Position numbers and translations under genes: made by a program. Shown here in pieces: positions 9,199-17,919 of a DNA stretch of 37,033 nt (the stretch's first letter is position 1; each line of letters begins with the position of its first letter). The DNA is from a virus. Location: IMG/VR virus record IMGVR_UViG_3300005573_000069, positions 1-37,033 of that record, one strand, 5' to 3'. Below the pieces are notes generated by a model. That model saw nothing but the letters and a program-made list of their open reading frames with translations. It was not told the DNA's origin and ran no database searches.

Positions 9199-9540
9199 TT
9201 AGTATTCGCCGTAAATGCTTATGCCTATTACTTTTTCGCCACTTTTTGTTTTCAATTCTTCTGTTATAATTTCCACGTTACTGTAAGATTCGTGTAAAAG
9301 ATAGCCACTATTATCTAACGCTTCGCTTAACTTTTTCTTGTCTTCTCTTTCGCCAGTTTCTGTAAGGTAATCCAAAAGAGTTTCACCAAGTACGTCTTTT
9401 AAGGTGTATAATCCTCCACGACCGATACTAATTACTAACTCACCATTTAGATACTTTTAATATTCCTTCTCTGTACAAAGTGTCAACGAATGTGACGTGC
9501 TACTGTTTGTCTCAAAAATACCAATACGAATTGTATACAT
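9199..9540 (-). pseudogene. FETNSS-motif phage protein interrupted by an in-frame TAA
   Basis: ATG 9540 with AGGAGG gives MYTIRIGIFETNSSTSHSLTLCTEKEY*KYLNGELV...TKSGEKVIGISIYGEY*. There is a single internal TAA at 9457-9459 (codon 28) in a 114-codon frame. Confidence 0.75.
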
Positions 9541-9560
9541 TTGCATACCTCCTAGTAATT

Positions 9561-9956
9561 TTAGTTGATACCTTCCAGAATTAACTTTTGTGGTTTACCA
9601 CTCCTATCCGCATAATATACCGCCTTCAATTTGTACAATCGTAACAATTCTTGACATTGTTTACACGGACAGCCAAATACAATATTACCATTTTTGCCAT
9701 TGATTCCAACGGTATATAAAATTGCATCCTTAACTTCTTCGGGATCAAATTTGTACAAAGCGTCCAATTCACTATGCCACCCGTCCTTAATTGAGTCATA
9801 AAAGGAGAATTTTAACGCGCCCCGTCTGTCGTTACGATTGTACCCGATGGCAATTATTCGGCCACTTCTAACCAGCACAGAAACGTGTTTATAATTTTCA
9901 GATTTACTTTTACTAACGATTTTGAAACAAAATCGTATCCAATTTTCGTGTCTCAT
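9561..9956 (-). CDS. Cytidine/dCMP deaminase-family Zn enzyme
   Basis: GRIIAIGYN, HSE (HxE) and PCKQC (PCxxC). Confidence 0.88.
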   Translation of the reverse strand: MRHENWIRFCFKIVSKSKSENYKHVSVLVRSGRIIAIGYNRNDRRGALKFSFYDSIKDGWHSELDALYKFDPEEVKDAILYTVGINGKNGNIVFGCPCKQCQELLRLYKLKAVYYADRSGKPQKLILEGIN

Positions 9957-9982
9957 TCAAATCACCTTTGACTAATGGTCAC

Positions 9983-10011
9983 ATTATACACCAAAATCGA
10001 AGGTTTGTCAA
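9983..10011 (-). promoter_or_regulatory. SigmaA/sigma70 consensus promoter upstream of the deaminase gene
   Basis: Minus strand TTGACA (10011-10006), 17 nt, TATAAT (9988-9983), in an intergenic gap. Confidence 0.85.
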
Positions 10012-10078
10012 GCAGAAATTTAGTTAGGTACTATTCACCGGTTAAATACCCTGCTCCGTAACATCTTTCACGAAAATT

Positions 10079-10945
10079 TCACGGTGTGGATACCCCGACT
10101 GAAGTCAGGAGTGATTGATAGGACTTGGCGGGAGGCAATAAACGTTCACCCTTATAATAAGTCTGGATGTTAAGCCTCCGCAAGCCTATCTTCACATACT
10201 TCTCCTGCAATTCGATTCCAATTGTCTTTCGGCCCAATCGCTGCGCCACAGCTGACGTAGTAAAAGTTCCCGCGAAGGGGTCGAGAACCACATCTCCCGG
10301 ATTGCTACTAGCTTTAATGATTCGCTCCAGCAAAGCCTCGGGCTTTTGGGCTGGGTGTTCTTCGTACTCTTCCATGCGGTAACGGACTCGGGGATATTCC
10401 CATACGTTTCCGGGCACTTTTTCAGAGCTGTACTCCGTGGGAACAGGTTTGCGATAATCAATCAACTTGCGTTTCGCACCAGTCTTGGCCTCAACCTTAA
10501 TGTCGTTTGCGTTAAAGGTATAATTCTTTGGGGTCTTGACGCAGAACAAGATTGGCTCATACACCGAACCGAAATACTTACGGGCTTGAACTCCGGAGCT
10601 GTCATAATACCAAACGATACGTGATAAGATAGTTAATCTCTCCCGTAGGTACAGGTCAAGATATGGCATACACTGAGTGCTGCTCATGACATACATACTG
10701 CCATCGGGCTTTAATTTGGCGATGCAAAGGTCGAGCCACTTATAACACCACTCGGCATAAGCCTTATCGGAAGGCCAACGGTCTATAAACCCTTCAAATT
10801 TCTTACCGATGTTGTAAGGAGGATCGGCAAAAATTAGGTCTACCGAACTATCCAGAATGGACTCCTTAAGAACCTCAAGAACATCACCCCAGTAAATCAC
10901 GTCGTTGCCTTTTTGAAAGCTTATAATCTTGGATTCTTGACTCAT
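10079..10945 (-). CDS. YhdJ/M.AvaIII(NsiI)-like adenine DNA methyltransferase (beta class)
   Basis: DLIFADPPYNIGK, IVWYYDSSGVQA.KYFGS.YEPIL, EAKTGAKRKLIDYRK, RVRYRMEEYE.HP.QKPE and LDPFAG; these closely recall E. coli YhdJ, which methylates ATGCAT. Confidence 0.92.
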   Translation of the reverse strand: MSQESKIISFQKGNDVIYWGDVLEVLKESILDSSVDLIFADPPYNIGKKFEGFIDRWPSDKAYAEWCYKWLDLCIAKLKPDGSMYVMSSTQCMPYLDLYLRERLTILSRIVWYYDSSGVQARKYFGSVYEPILFCVKTPKNYTFNANDIKVEAKTGAKRKLIDYRKPVPTEYSSEKVPGNVWEYPRVRYRMEEYEEHPAQKPEALLERIIKASSNPGDVVLDPFAGTFTTSAVAQRLGRKTIGIELQEKYVKIGLRRLNIQTYYKGERLLPPAKSYQSLLTSVGVSTP

Positions 10946-10948
10946 CTA

Positions 10949-11344
10949 TTACTCCTCATCTTTCCACGAGTAACATTGTGCCAAATTTCCATGTCGGGCT
11001 GACTGTTTTATATACAGCACTTTTGCTACGGCATAATTTACACAACAATAAACTATTAAATCAGCACCGCAATTGCATTTATAACTACTATATACCATTC
11101 TTTCGATTTTATGGATTTTTCCACATTTAATGCATTGTAATTTACAAATCAGGACGCTATCTCTTTTCTTTACCGTTATATAAGGTCTATAATTTTTATA
11201 ATAAACCTGTCTAACTTTTAAATTATCGGATTTTGAAACAATTTGACGTACCCATCCAGGAGACGTTTGAAATTTTTCAGCTACTTCCTTAAGACTCCCT
11301 GATTCTATAAATGCTTGTTCTATTTCTTCTTTCTTGCACTTCAT
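10949..11344 (-). CDS. HTH plus Zn-ribbon hypothetical protein
   Basis: GSLKEVAEKFQTSPGWVRQIV (HTH-like) and CIKCG...CNCG. Confidence 0.7.
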   Translation of the reverse strand: MKCKKEEIEQAFIESGSLKEVAEKFQTSPGWVRQIVSKSDNLKVRQVYYKNYRPYITVKKRDSVLICKLQCIKCGKIHKIERMVYSSYKCNCGADLIVYCCVNYAVAKVLYIKQSARHGNLAQCYSWKDEE

Positions 11345-11487
11345 TTTACATCACTATGATAATGAAATTCTCTCCCATTGTCTGTTTCTTCATAAATAAC
11401 TACCGTATACCTCTCTGTATCAAACATAATTGGTTCGTTATCAACATCCTTATTTTCTTTATCTATAATTTTTAAATATAAAACCAT
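11341..11487 (-). CDS. 48-aa hypothetical protein
   Basis: ATG 11487 with GAGG RBS gives MVLYLKIIDKENKD...HSDVK; its TGA overlaps the next ATG. Confidence 0.6.
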   Translation of the reverse strand: MVLYLKIIDKENKDVDNEPIMFDTERYTVVIYEETDNGREFHYHSDVK

Positions 11488-11491
11488 AAAT

Positions 11492-11752
11492 TTACCTCTC
11501 CTTGTGCGAAGCTACAAAAACGTAGTAGATAGTACTAAATATCGAATAAATTAGAATTGGTAACCAAAAGATGGTCAATATTATTACTAAAGTAACTACA
11601 TTATCATCTTCGCAGATTGATAGTAATTGGCTTTCCGCTCTAAGGTCCTTCTTATAGGTCCTCAGTATTTGAAATACAAATTCCCAAAAAATTACGCCCG
11701 TCAACATATACAAAATTGCAATACTTAGTGTGTAAAAGAGATTATCGCTCAT
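11492..11752 (-). CDS. Small membrane protein (2 TM)
   Basis: Two hydrophobic segments; ATG 11752 after GAGGAGG. Confidence 0.7.
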   Translation of the reverse strand: MSDNLFYTLSIAILYMLTGVIFWEFVFQILRTYKKDLRAESQLLSICEDDNVVTLVIILTIFWLPILIYSIFSTIYYVFVASHKER

Positions 11753-11927
11753 TATTATTCTCCTCCTCAATTAGATCTCTGAGCCAATTTTTAATTGCAC
11801 TACAACTATTTTCTCTACAATTTGTGGAATAGTCTTTACAATAACGACACGCCAATTCAAAGCTTTTATCCAGCAACGCATTCTCAAAAGAGGTGTAGAG
11901 TAAAATAAGTTGATCTTTGGTAATCAT
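11742..11927 (-). CDS. Hypothetical Cys-containing protein
   Basis: 61-aa ORF packed between neighbours; CRYC...C...C. Confidence 0.6.
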   Translation of the reverse strand: MITKDQLILLYTSFENALLDKSFELACRYCKDYSTNCRENSCSAIKNWLRDLIEEENNNER

Positions 11928-11941
11928 TTTTCTACCCCTTT

Positions 11942-12379
11942 CTATTGAAAATACATATTGACTATATAATCGCTAATGCTTTTATAAATCATTTCCATAG
12001 GACATACATCTGTTGCAAAATACTGACTCACCACATAATTTAGATGAATATAACCATTAAGCAGATATAACGGGCCAAAACCAATAATCGGCTTTCTCAA
12101 GAAGGCAAAATTAAACATTTCATATAGCGTTCCAGGCGAATCCAAGATATGTTCAAAGTTTACCACCATAAGATCACATTGTTTAAGATAATAATTATTT
12201 TGATCTACAATTCCTTTCTTGTCATACCCCCCATTGCTCTGAAAATTTTCACAAGGATCAAAACAATTAATGTTGTGACACGAAAGAACGCTCTTAAGTT
12301 CCTCCCGCCATTTTGTAGCTTTCTCAAAGCTATCGTTCTTAACATGATACGACATTGCGCCTGCCAGATACACTTTCAC
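11942..12379 (-). CDS. Nucleoside 2-deoxyribosyltransferase / nucleotide N-glycosidase family protein
   Basis: KVYLAGAM, WRE, FDP, CDLMVVN and SPGTLYE...KPIIGF. Confidence 0.82.
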   Translation of the reverse strand: MKVYLAGAMSYHVKNDSFEKATKWREELKSVLSCHNINCFDPCENFQSNGGYDKKGIVDQNNYYLKQCDLMVVNFEHILDSPGTLYEMFNFAFLRKPIIGFGPLYLLNGYIHLNYVVSQYFATDVCPMEMIYKSISDYIVNMYFQ

Positions 12380-13038
12380 CTTTTCTCACTCACCTTTTGA
12401 AGAAATTGACCACAAGAATTCTTTTCGGGACAATATCCTAAGTGAAAGCATTTCGGCTTCATAAAATCCGAAATAATTTGCCATTCCTCATCTATTTTAG
12501 AGACAGTATCCTTCAATTCATTCATGAAATCTCTAAACTCTTGATAGGCCCTGTTACACATGCGGACGTGCGCGAGATGAATTAAGGCGCGGGCATTAAT
12601 CTTTAGGACAACTTTAGTCATCATGCCAAGCGGTAACAGATTAGCAGCATCCTCTTTAGAAATACCATTACTTACAAGTTTATGATAAGCATGAGATATA
12701 TACAGCATACAATCATGATAGGTATTTAAAAGTTCCATATCTTTTCTAACCGCCAAGGGGACATAATATTGAAAGTCTTCATAATTAACGTATCTTGTTG
12801 ATTGTTGCAAACGTGATACGCCTACAATATGTGTATATAATTCTCTTACCATCCTGGCACTATATCCTGATATTTCTATAGTTAAATCCACAAATTCCAA
12901 TACACGATCATGACCTGACACTATACAGTCCAATCCCACTTGTTTTGATGGTTTACTATTATAACATACACTTGCAACCTCACCCATAAAAGTCAGCGGA
13001 TACGGCATTGCATCTATAATTTTGATCAACATTACCAC
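12376..13038 (-). CDS. thyX: FAD-dependent thymidylate synthase (variant motif)
   Basis: SGHDRVLEF, RELYTHIVGVSRLQQSTRYV, EDAANLLPLG, NARAL...RMCNRA and C-terminal GYCPE..SCG. Confidence 0.88.
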   Translation of the reverse strand: MVMLIKIIDAMPYPLTFMGEVASVCYNSKPSKQVGLDCIVSGHDRVLEFVDLTIEISGYSARMVRELYTHIVGVSRLQQSTRYVNYEDFQYYVPLAVRKDMELLNTYHDCMLYISHAYHKLVSNGISKEDAANLLPLGMMTKVVLKINARALIHLAHVRMCNRAYQEFRDFMNELKDTVSKIDEEWQIISDFMKPKCFHLGYCPEKNSCGQFLQKVSEKR

Positions 13039-13061
13039 TATCCTTTCGTTTTTAGGTAACA

Positions 13062-13090
13062 GGGAGTGCTAGGTTGCCCTAGGCACTCCC
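13062..13090. other. GC-rich intergenic hairpin between dUTPase and thyX
   Basis: GGGAGTGC-TAGG-ttgc-CCTA-g-GCACTCCC, a 12-bp stem with one bulge. There is only a weak U-tract on the coding strand. Confidence 0.6.
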
Positions 13091-13100
13091 ATATTCACTA

Positions 13101-13697
13101 TTACTTTACGCCCGTTGATCCCAACCCCCCTCTGTTATCAGTATCAAAACTATTGACCTCCATAAGGCGCACCTTCGGCTGATTCCGATTAACCCTCCCT
13201 TGGCAAATCCTATCGTACTTCTTAATTACAGTATCCCGCAAAGCTACAACAGGAACGGAAATCCAATCGTCATTGCCACAATACGAATTATCAATGACAG
13301 CATAATGATTTGTCAGGATAATCCCGAAATTCTTAAACGTACTACTACGTGGCACAATGTTAAATTCATATCCGCGTGGCATCTGAATTGCAATTCCAAG
13401 TGGAATTAGTGCATATTCACCAGCCTTTAAAGTGACTTCTTCAGCACTCCTTAGATCAATCCAGTCAGAGCCCTGTGTCTTTTGGATTTTAGGCATGTTA
13501 GGATCAAGGTACTTAATTTTAATTTGAAGAGGGGGATGATACCTCCTAATTTGTTTGTACTCAAATTCACCCGTTTGTCTATTCTTATCCTTGTCAAAAT
13601 AGGTGATAGTAAATTTGTCCTTATTGATTTGCTTGACGATCCCGGTTGTCTTAAATTCTGGAAGCCATACTTTCTCTTCGACAGAAAAACGGTACAT
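13101..13697 (-). CDS. dut: Trimeric dUTPase with N-terminal extra domain
   Basis: SDWIDLR, PRSSTFK, VIDNSYCG, DRICQ and RGGLGSTG. Start ATG 13697 after AAGGAGAGG. Confidence 0.92.
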   Translation of the reverse strand: MYRFSVEEKVWLPEFKTTGIVKQINKDKFTITYFDKDKNRQTGEFEYKQIRRYHPPLQIKIKYLDPNMPKIQKTQGSDWIDLRSAEEVTLKAGEYALIPLGIAIQMPRGYEFNIVPRSSTFKNFGIILTNHYAVIDNSYCGNDDWISVPVVALRDTVIKKYDRICQGRVNRNQPKVRLMEVNSFDTDNRGGLGSTGVK

Positions 13698-13710
13698 TAT
13701 AACCTCTCCT

Positions 13711-15933
13711 TTAGTTACATTTTGAGTATCCACAATTGGAGCATACTAAACAACCTTCGCTCTTATTCAGTTTTTCCTTACATTCAGGACAAACTAGTCT
13801 ACCATCACCTTCTTCTTTTGATGTAAAATGTTCAGGAACCTTTATATCACCTTCTTTCAATTGCTTTTGTACCTTCTGTAGTAATTTTGCAATTGCCTGC
13901 GGACAGCTTCCACCAGGCGAAACTTTCACTCCTTTCCCTTTGGCGTGTTGATAGGCGGGGCATACTCCAGCACTTTCTAATTGGTCTATTACATCCTCTA
14001 GCGCAATTCCCCCTCTCAGCCCTAAACTAATTAGTCTAGATGTAGCTTGTGTAAAAATTGTACATCCGCCTTTTGATCCTGTATTTACAAACGTTTCTAT
14101 GATATTGCCGTCCAAATCGGTAAATATCATGACCCACATCTTTCCACAGCCTGTAATGAGTTGTTTTCTAATACCCTTAGCCTCTTTTAACGCTGGCTGA
14201 ATATATCCTCTCTTATCTTTCCTTAACTCTTCTTTTCTCTCTTTAACTTCGTTTAACACTTGTTCGCTTCTACTGCCATCTCGATAATAAGTTATTCCTT
14301 TGCAACCTAATTCGTATGCTTTCAAATATGCTTTTTTCACTTCTTCGACAGAATGATTTGATGGTGCATTGATCGTCTTGGAAATACTACTATCTAAATA
14401 TTTTTGAATCGTTGCCTGCACCTTCAAATGTTCATCTACACTTATATCTTTAGCAGTAACAAAGTAATTCGGCACATCTTCATCTGGATTTTCTTTGAGC
14501 CATGCCTCCCATAATGGGTGCTTTATTAAATGTTTACCTAAATTATCCTTTCTTTCGTACTCAAAACTAAAATTAGGTTCAATGCCACTAGATACTCCAG
14601 CTAGAAGGGATGTGCTTCCTGTAGGTGCTTGAGTTAACAAAGTAACGTTACGAATTCCTGTTTTCGTTGCTTTTTCTTTACACTCAGATGGCAACCACTC
14701 ATGATACATTTTGTACGCAAAACTATCTTTATTCTCTAAGAAATATTTGTCAAAATCAAATTTAGGAAAGGCACCTTTCTCTTCGGCCAAATTGATACTA
14801 CTTATATATGCTTCTCTGGCTAAGATCCCGTACACTTTTTCGATAAACTTTAGCGACTCATTACTCCCATATCTTATTTTAAGCATAATTAACGCATCAG
14901 CTAGACCCATTGTTGATAAACCTATTCTACGTTGAGATAACTGTGCAATTTCATTTTCTTTCAAAAAATATGATGTAATATCAATTACATTATCTAAAAA
15001 TCTTACAGCACGTCTTACATCCAAGGTAAACCTGGCATAGTCGAATTTACCTTTAGAAATGTAACTTGTAAGATTAAGATGACCCAAATTACATACGTTC
15101 CACTTCCCACCACCAATTTCACCACATGGATTACATCCAATAATCTCATCGAAATACCAACTATTTGATTTTTTGTTATATTCGTCGATAAATATTAATC
15201 CGGGTTCACCACATGCCCATGCTGACTTACAAATTAAATCCCACAAATATGATGCTTCGAGAATTTTATATGTTTTTCCGTCAAACTTCAACTCCCACTC
15301 GTCATTGCTCTTTAATGCATCCATAAAATCATTAGTAACTAATACAGACAAATTTGCATTGTTTAATCTTGATTCATCTCTTTTGACCGTAATAAACTCT
15401 TCAATGTCAGGGTGATCTATTCGTAACGTTAAAATAGACGCTCCACGTCTAGACCCTCCCTGTGAAATTACACCAGTAATCTTATCGTACAATTCACCCC
15501 AACTGACTGCTCCGCTTGAATGACCATCCGTCCCCTTAATATATGCTCCACGGGGTCTTAAAGTGCTAAGATTAACTCCAATTCCTCCACCGCGTGCCAT
15601 AATATCTACTGCTTTACTTAAATTATCCATGATCCCTTCTCTGGAATCAGACGGAGAATCAAGGATAAAGCAGTTATAAGCTGATACTCCGGGTTTACCC
15701 AAACCACTTAGTATTCTGCCACCTGGAACAAAACGGAAATCTTTAAGTAACCAGTAAAATTCATTTTCCCATACCTCTACATTTTCTTCTTTTGAAGCAG
15801 CTACTTTAGCCAATCTTAGCCACATTTCAGATGCTTCTTTTTCTAAAAGGTTACCATTTGTGTCTTTAAGTGCATATCTATCTAGAAAGATTTTGTTTTG
15901 TAACTCGTTGTACAAATTATCACTTTCCTTCAA
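13711..15933 (-). CDS. nrdJ: Class II (adenosylcobalamin-dependent) ribonucleotide reductase
   Basis: PGGRIL, NCF, GGGIG, QGGSRRGA, GEPG, NPCGE, RRIGL, APTGS and DSSISKTIN, plus a TSCPD-like domain and C-terminal Zn ribbon (CPEC...CSNCGYSKC). TTG start with AGGAGG. Confidence 0.95.
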   Translation of the reverse strand: MKESDNLYNELQNKIFLDRYALKDTNGNLLEKEASEMWLRLAKVAASKEENVEVWENEFYWLLKDFRFVPGGRILSGLGKPGVSAYNCFILDSPSDSREGIMDNLSKAVDIMARGGGIGVNLSTLRPRGAYIKGTDGHSSGAVSWGELYDKITGVISQGGSRRGASILTLRIDHPDIEEFITVKRDESRLNNANLSVLVTNDFMDALKSNDEWELKFDGKTYKILEASYLWDLICKSAWACGEPGLIFIDEYNKKSNSWYFDEIIGCNPCGEIGGGKWNVCNLGHLNLTSYISKGKFDYARFTLDVRRAVRFLDNVIDITSYFLKENEIAQLSQRRIGLSTMGLADALIMLKIRYGSNESLKFIEKVYGILAREAYISSINLAEEKGAFPKFDFDKYFLENKDSFAYKMYHEWLPSECKEKATKTGIRNVTLLTQAPTGSTSLLAGVSSGIEPNFSFEYERKDNLGKHLIKHPLWEAWLKENPDEDVPNYFVTAKDISVDEHLKVQATIQKYLDSSISKTINAPSNHSVEEVKKAYLKAYELGCKGITYYRDGSRSEQVLNEVKERKEELRKDKRGYIQPALKEAKGIRKQLITGCGKMWVMIFTDLDGNIIETFVNTGSKGGCTIFTQATSRLISLGLRGGIALEDVIDQLESAGVCPAYQHAKGKGVKVSPGGSCPQAIAKLLQKVQKQLKEGDIKVPEHFTSKEEGDGRLVCPECKEKLNKSEGCLVCSNCGYSKCN

Positions 15934-15937
15934 GCTG

Positions 15938-16204
15938 CTACCTCCTGTTACATCTTAATTCAAAATCACTCCACGTATAGTTTGCTTGAATATTATCTGC
16001 CTTGTCTTTTTCTATTTCTCCCAATGTTCGCATATCAGTAAGATCACCATCCAGAATATATGCTCTTTTATTGTCCTTATCAACACCAATTAATAGCCTT
16101 ATTTGAATTCCTTCCTCCATAGAGTCATAAACTAACATTTTAAGTATTTTACCATCCAATTCATTGAAATTTGCTGGTGTAACGTCGATAATTTCATAGT
16201 CCAT
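15938..16204 (-). CDS. Hypothetical protein
   Basis: Track ORF; the better start is ATG 16204 (MDYEII) after AAAGGG. Confidence 0.65.
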   Translation of the reverse strand: MDYEIIDVTPANFNELDGKILKMLVYDSMEEGIQIRLLIGVDKDNKRAYILDGDLTDMRTLGEIEKDKADNIQANYTWSDFELRCNRR

Positions 16205-16205
16205 T

Positions 16206-16274
16206 TTATGCACCCTTTCTATACTCATCCAGAATAATATCTGCTACCCACGTTAAACGCCACCTATGCCCCAT
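16206..16274 (-). CDS. 22-aa peptide (MGHRWRLTWVADIILDEYRKGA)
   Basis: ATG 16274 after AAGGTGAGG; TAA lies 1 nt before the next ATG. Confidence 0.4.
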   Translation of the reverse strand: MGHRWRLTWVADIILDEYRKGA

Positions 16275-16299
16275 TGTACGCCTCACCTTCTTTTTGATA

Positions 16300-17895
16300 C
16301 TAACACATCCTTATATCCTCAATAAACATTTGTTTGGTTATAATGTTTCGCTTCAACCCAAAATTGTAATACTTGTTAATGTTTAACGACCCTATTACAT
16401 CAATCTGATCACCTTTTGTTAGTGCAATTTTTTCATTCATTCTAAATTTAAGTAAATCAATATCATTACTTGTAATTTTGAGAGTATCACCTTGGCCTAT
16501 ATATTTCACTTCCCAAACTGGCACATTTCTAATTAAGAATTTACACGTCTCAGCATTTTTACCAGCCAAATAGTCAAACTCATTAACATCCTTAATAAAA
16601 TCGTAACTTATCTCGTCAAGTGAAAGTTCCAAATCATATAATATTTGTTGTTCCTTGTACTCAATGTTTTGCTCCAAATAATCTAATAACTTTTCAAACT
16701 TACGCTCATGAATAGATATTCCAAAGGCACCTTCGTGACCCAGTACAAATTTAGCTAGCCCCGATTCCTGGATTATACTTTTAAATTTAATATCACCTAT
16801 ACTACGACCTGACCCATTCAGATAATTGTCATGCTTCGTTAACACAAGAGACACAGTACCAAAGTGATTACATATTTTTGTAGCAATTAAACCGTTAAAC
16901 CCTTTTGGAATCTCGTCACCAACAAACACCGCTATTTTAGAAAAACTTAATATTTTCGGTTTTATACTATCGAATACTTCAGCTTCTAATTTTTTCCTGT
17001 GCTCATTAAGTTTGATTAATTCTTTGGCACTAGAATTGATAACCACAGGATCGTCTGTCAATAGCGCCTCAATAACCTTTTCGATCTGTCCTAAACGAGC
17101 ACTTGCATTTACAATAGGTGCTATTTGATAACCAATAGTTTGCGAATTAATTGAGCTAACCCTTAGCTCCTTTAATAGTGCCTTAATAGCAGGGTTTGAT
17201 ATATTTTTTAAGGCGTTGAATACTAGATAACGATTTTCTTGCACTCCCATACTCATTACATCTGCATAGAGTCCAATGCCCGCTAAATCTATAAATTGAT
17301 TATTATAATATCCTAAATAGTTATCCATTATTTGGAGTAACTTCCATACGACTCCACTTCCTGATAACTCCTTGTTTGGATAGTCACATATTTGCGGATT
17401 TACAATCAATGCATATGGATTTTCTCTTTCCTGAAGATGGTGATCTAAAATAGTTATGTCCAATCCACTTTCTTTTAATCTTTTGCACTCATCGGCTTCA
17501 TTTGTAGAACTATCACAAATAATCAGTAATTCCGTTCCAGATGGTACGTTTTGATTACTAATTCCATGCCCTTCACTTCTTTGGTGATAAGTATATTTAA
17601 TGTTATCTGTAAACATATTCAAATATCTAATCAACATAACTGCCGAACATATGCCATCTGTATCAGGATCAAAGCTTACCACGATCTTTTCATTGTCTCT
17701 TATCGCCTTTAAAATTCTGTCGGCCACTTTTTCGATGTTATCTAGTTCCGTAGGATTATGCAAAGATAAAAATGACGGCCGTAGCCACTCGTCCAATTGT
17801 ACCCCTCTAATCGCCGCCAATTTATCCTGAATACTGTCCCAGGGCAAATAATCCTGTGCTGGTTTTCTCTGTACCCATTTCGTCGATTGGTGCAA
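16300..17895 (-). CDS. RecJ-like DHH ssDNA exonuclease (SPbeta YorK-like)
   Basis: DPDTDG, ICDS, ILDHH, LSGSGV, ADVM, NASARLG, GSGRS and GHEGAFG. Confidence 0.93.
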   Translation of the reverse strand: MHQSTKWVQRKPAQDYLPWDSIQDKLAAIRGVQLDEWLRPSFLSLHNPTELDNIEKVADRILKAIRDNEKIVVSFDPDTDGICSAVMLIRYLNMFTDNIKYTYHQRSEGHGISNQNVPSGTELLIICDSSTNEADECKRLKESGLDITILDHHLQERENPYALIVNPQICDYPNKELSGSGVVWKLLQIMDNYLGYYNNQFIDLAGIGLYADVMSMGVQENRYLVFNALKNISNPAIKALLKELRVSSINSQTIGYQIAPIVNASARLGQIEKVIEALLTDDPVVINSSAKELIKLNEHRKKLEAEVFDSIKPKILSFSKIAVFVGDEIPKGFNGLIATKICNHFGTVSLVLTKHDNYLNGSGRSIGDIKFKSIIQESGLAKFVLGHEGAFGISIHERKFEKLLDYLEQNIEYKEQQILYDLELSLDEISYDFIKDVNEFDYLAGKNAETCKFLIRNVPVWEVKYIGQGDTLKITSNDIDLLKFRMNEKIALTKGDQIDVIGSLNINKYYNFGLKRNIITKQMFIEDIRMC

Positions 17896-17919
17896 TTATA
17901 CCACATCCCTCTTAGTATG

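Noticed and set aside
9457-9459. Genome-wide stop-codon reassignment to explain the in-frame TAA
   Set aside because: TAA, TAG and TGA all terminate conserved genes at their expected ends, and long genes are uninterrupted in the standard code.
13062-13090. Intrinsic terminator
   Set aside because: The hairpin is real but lacks a convincing U-tract, and thyX follows with no new promoter; it is more likely a processing or stability element.
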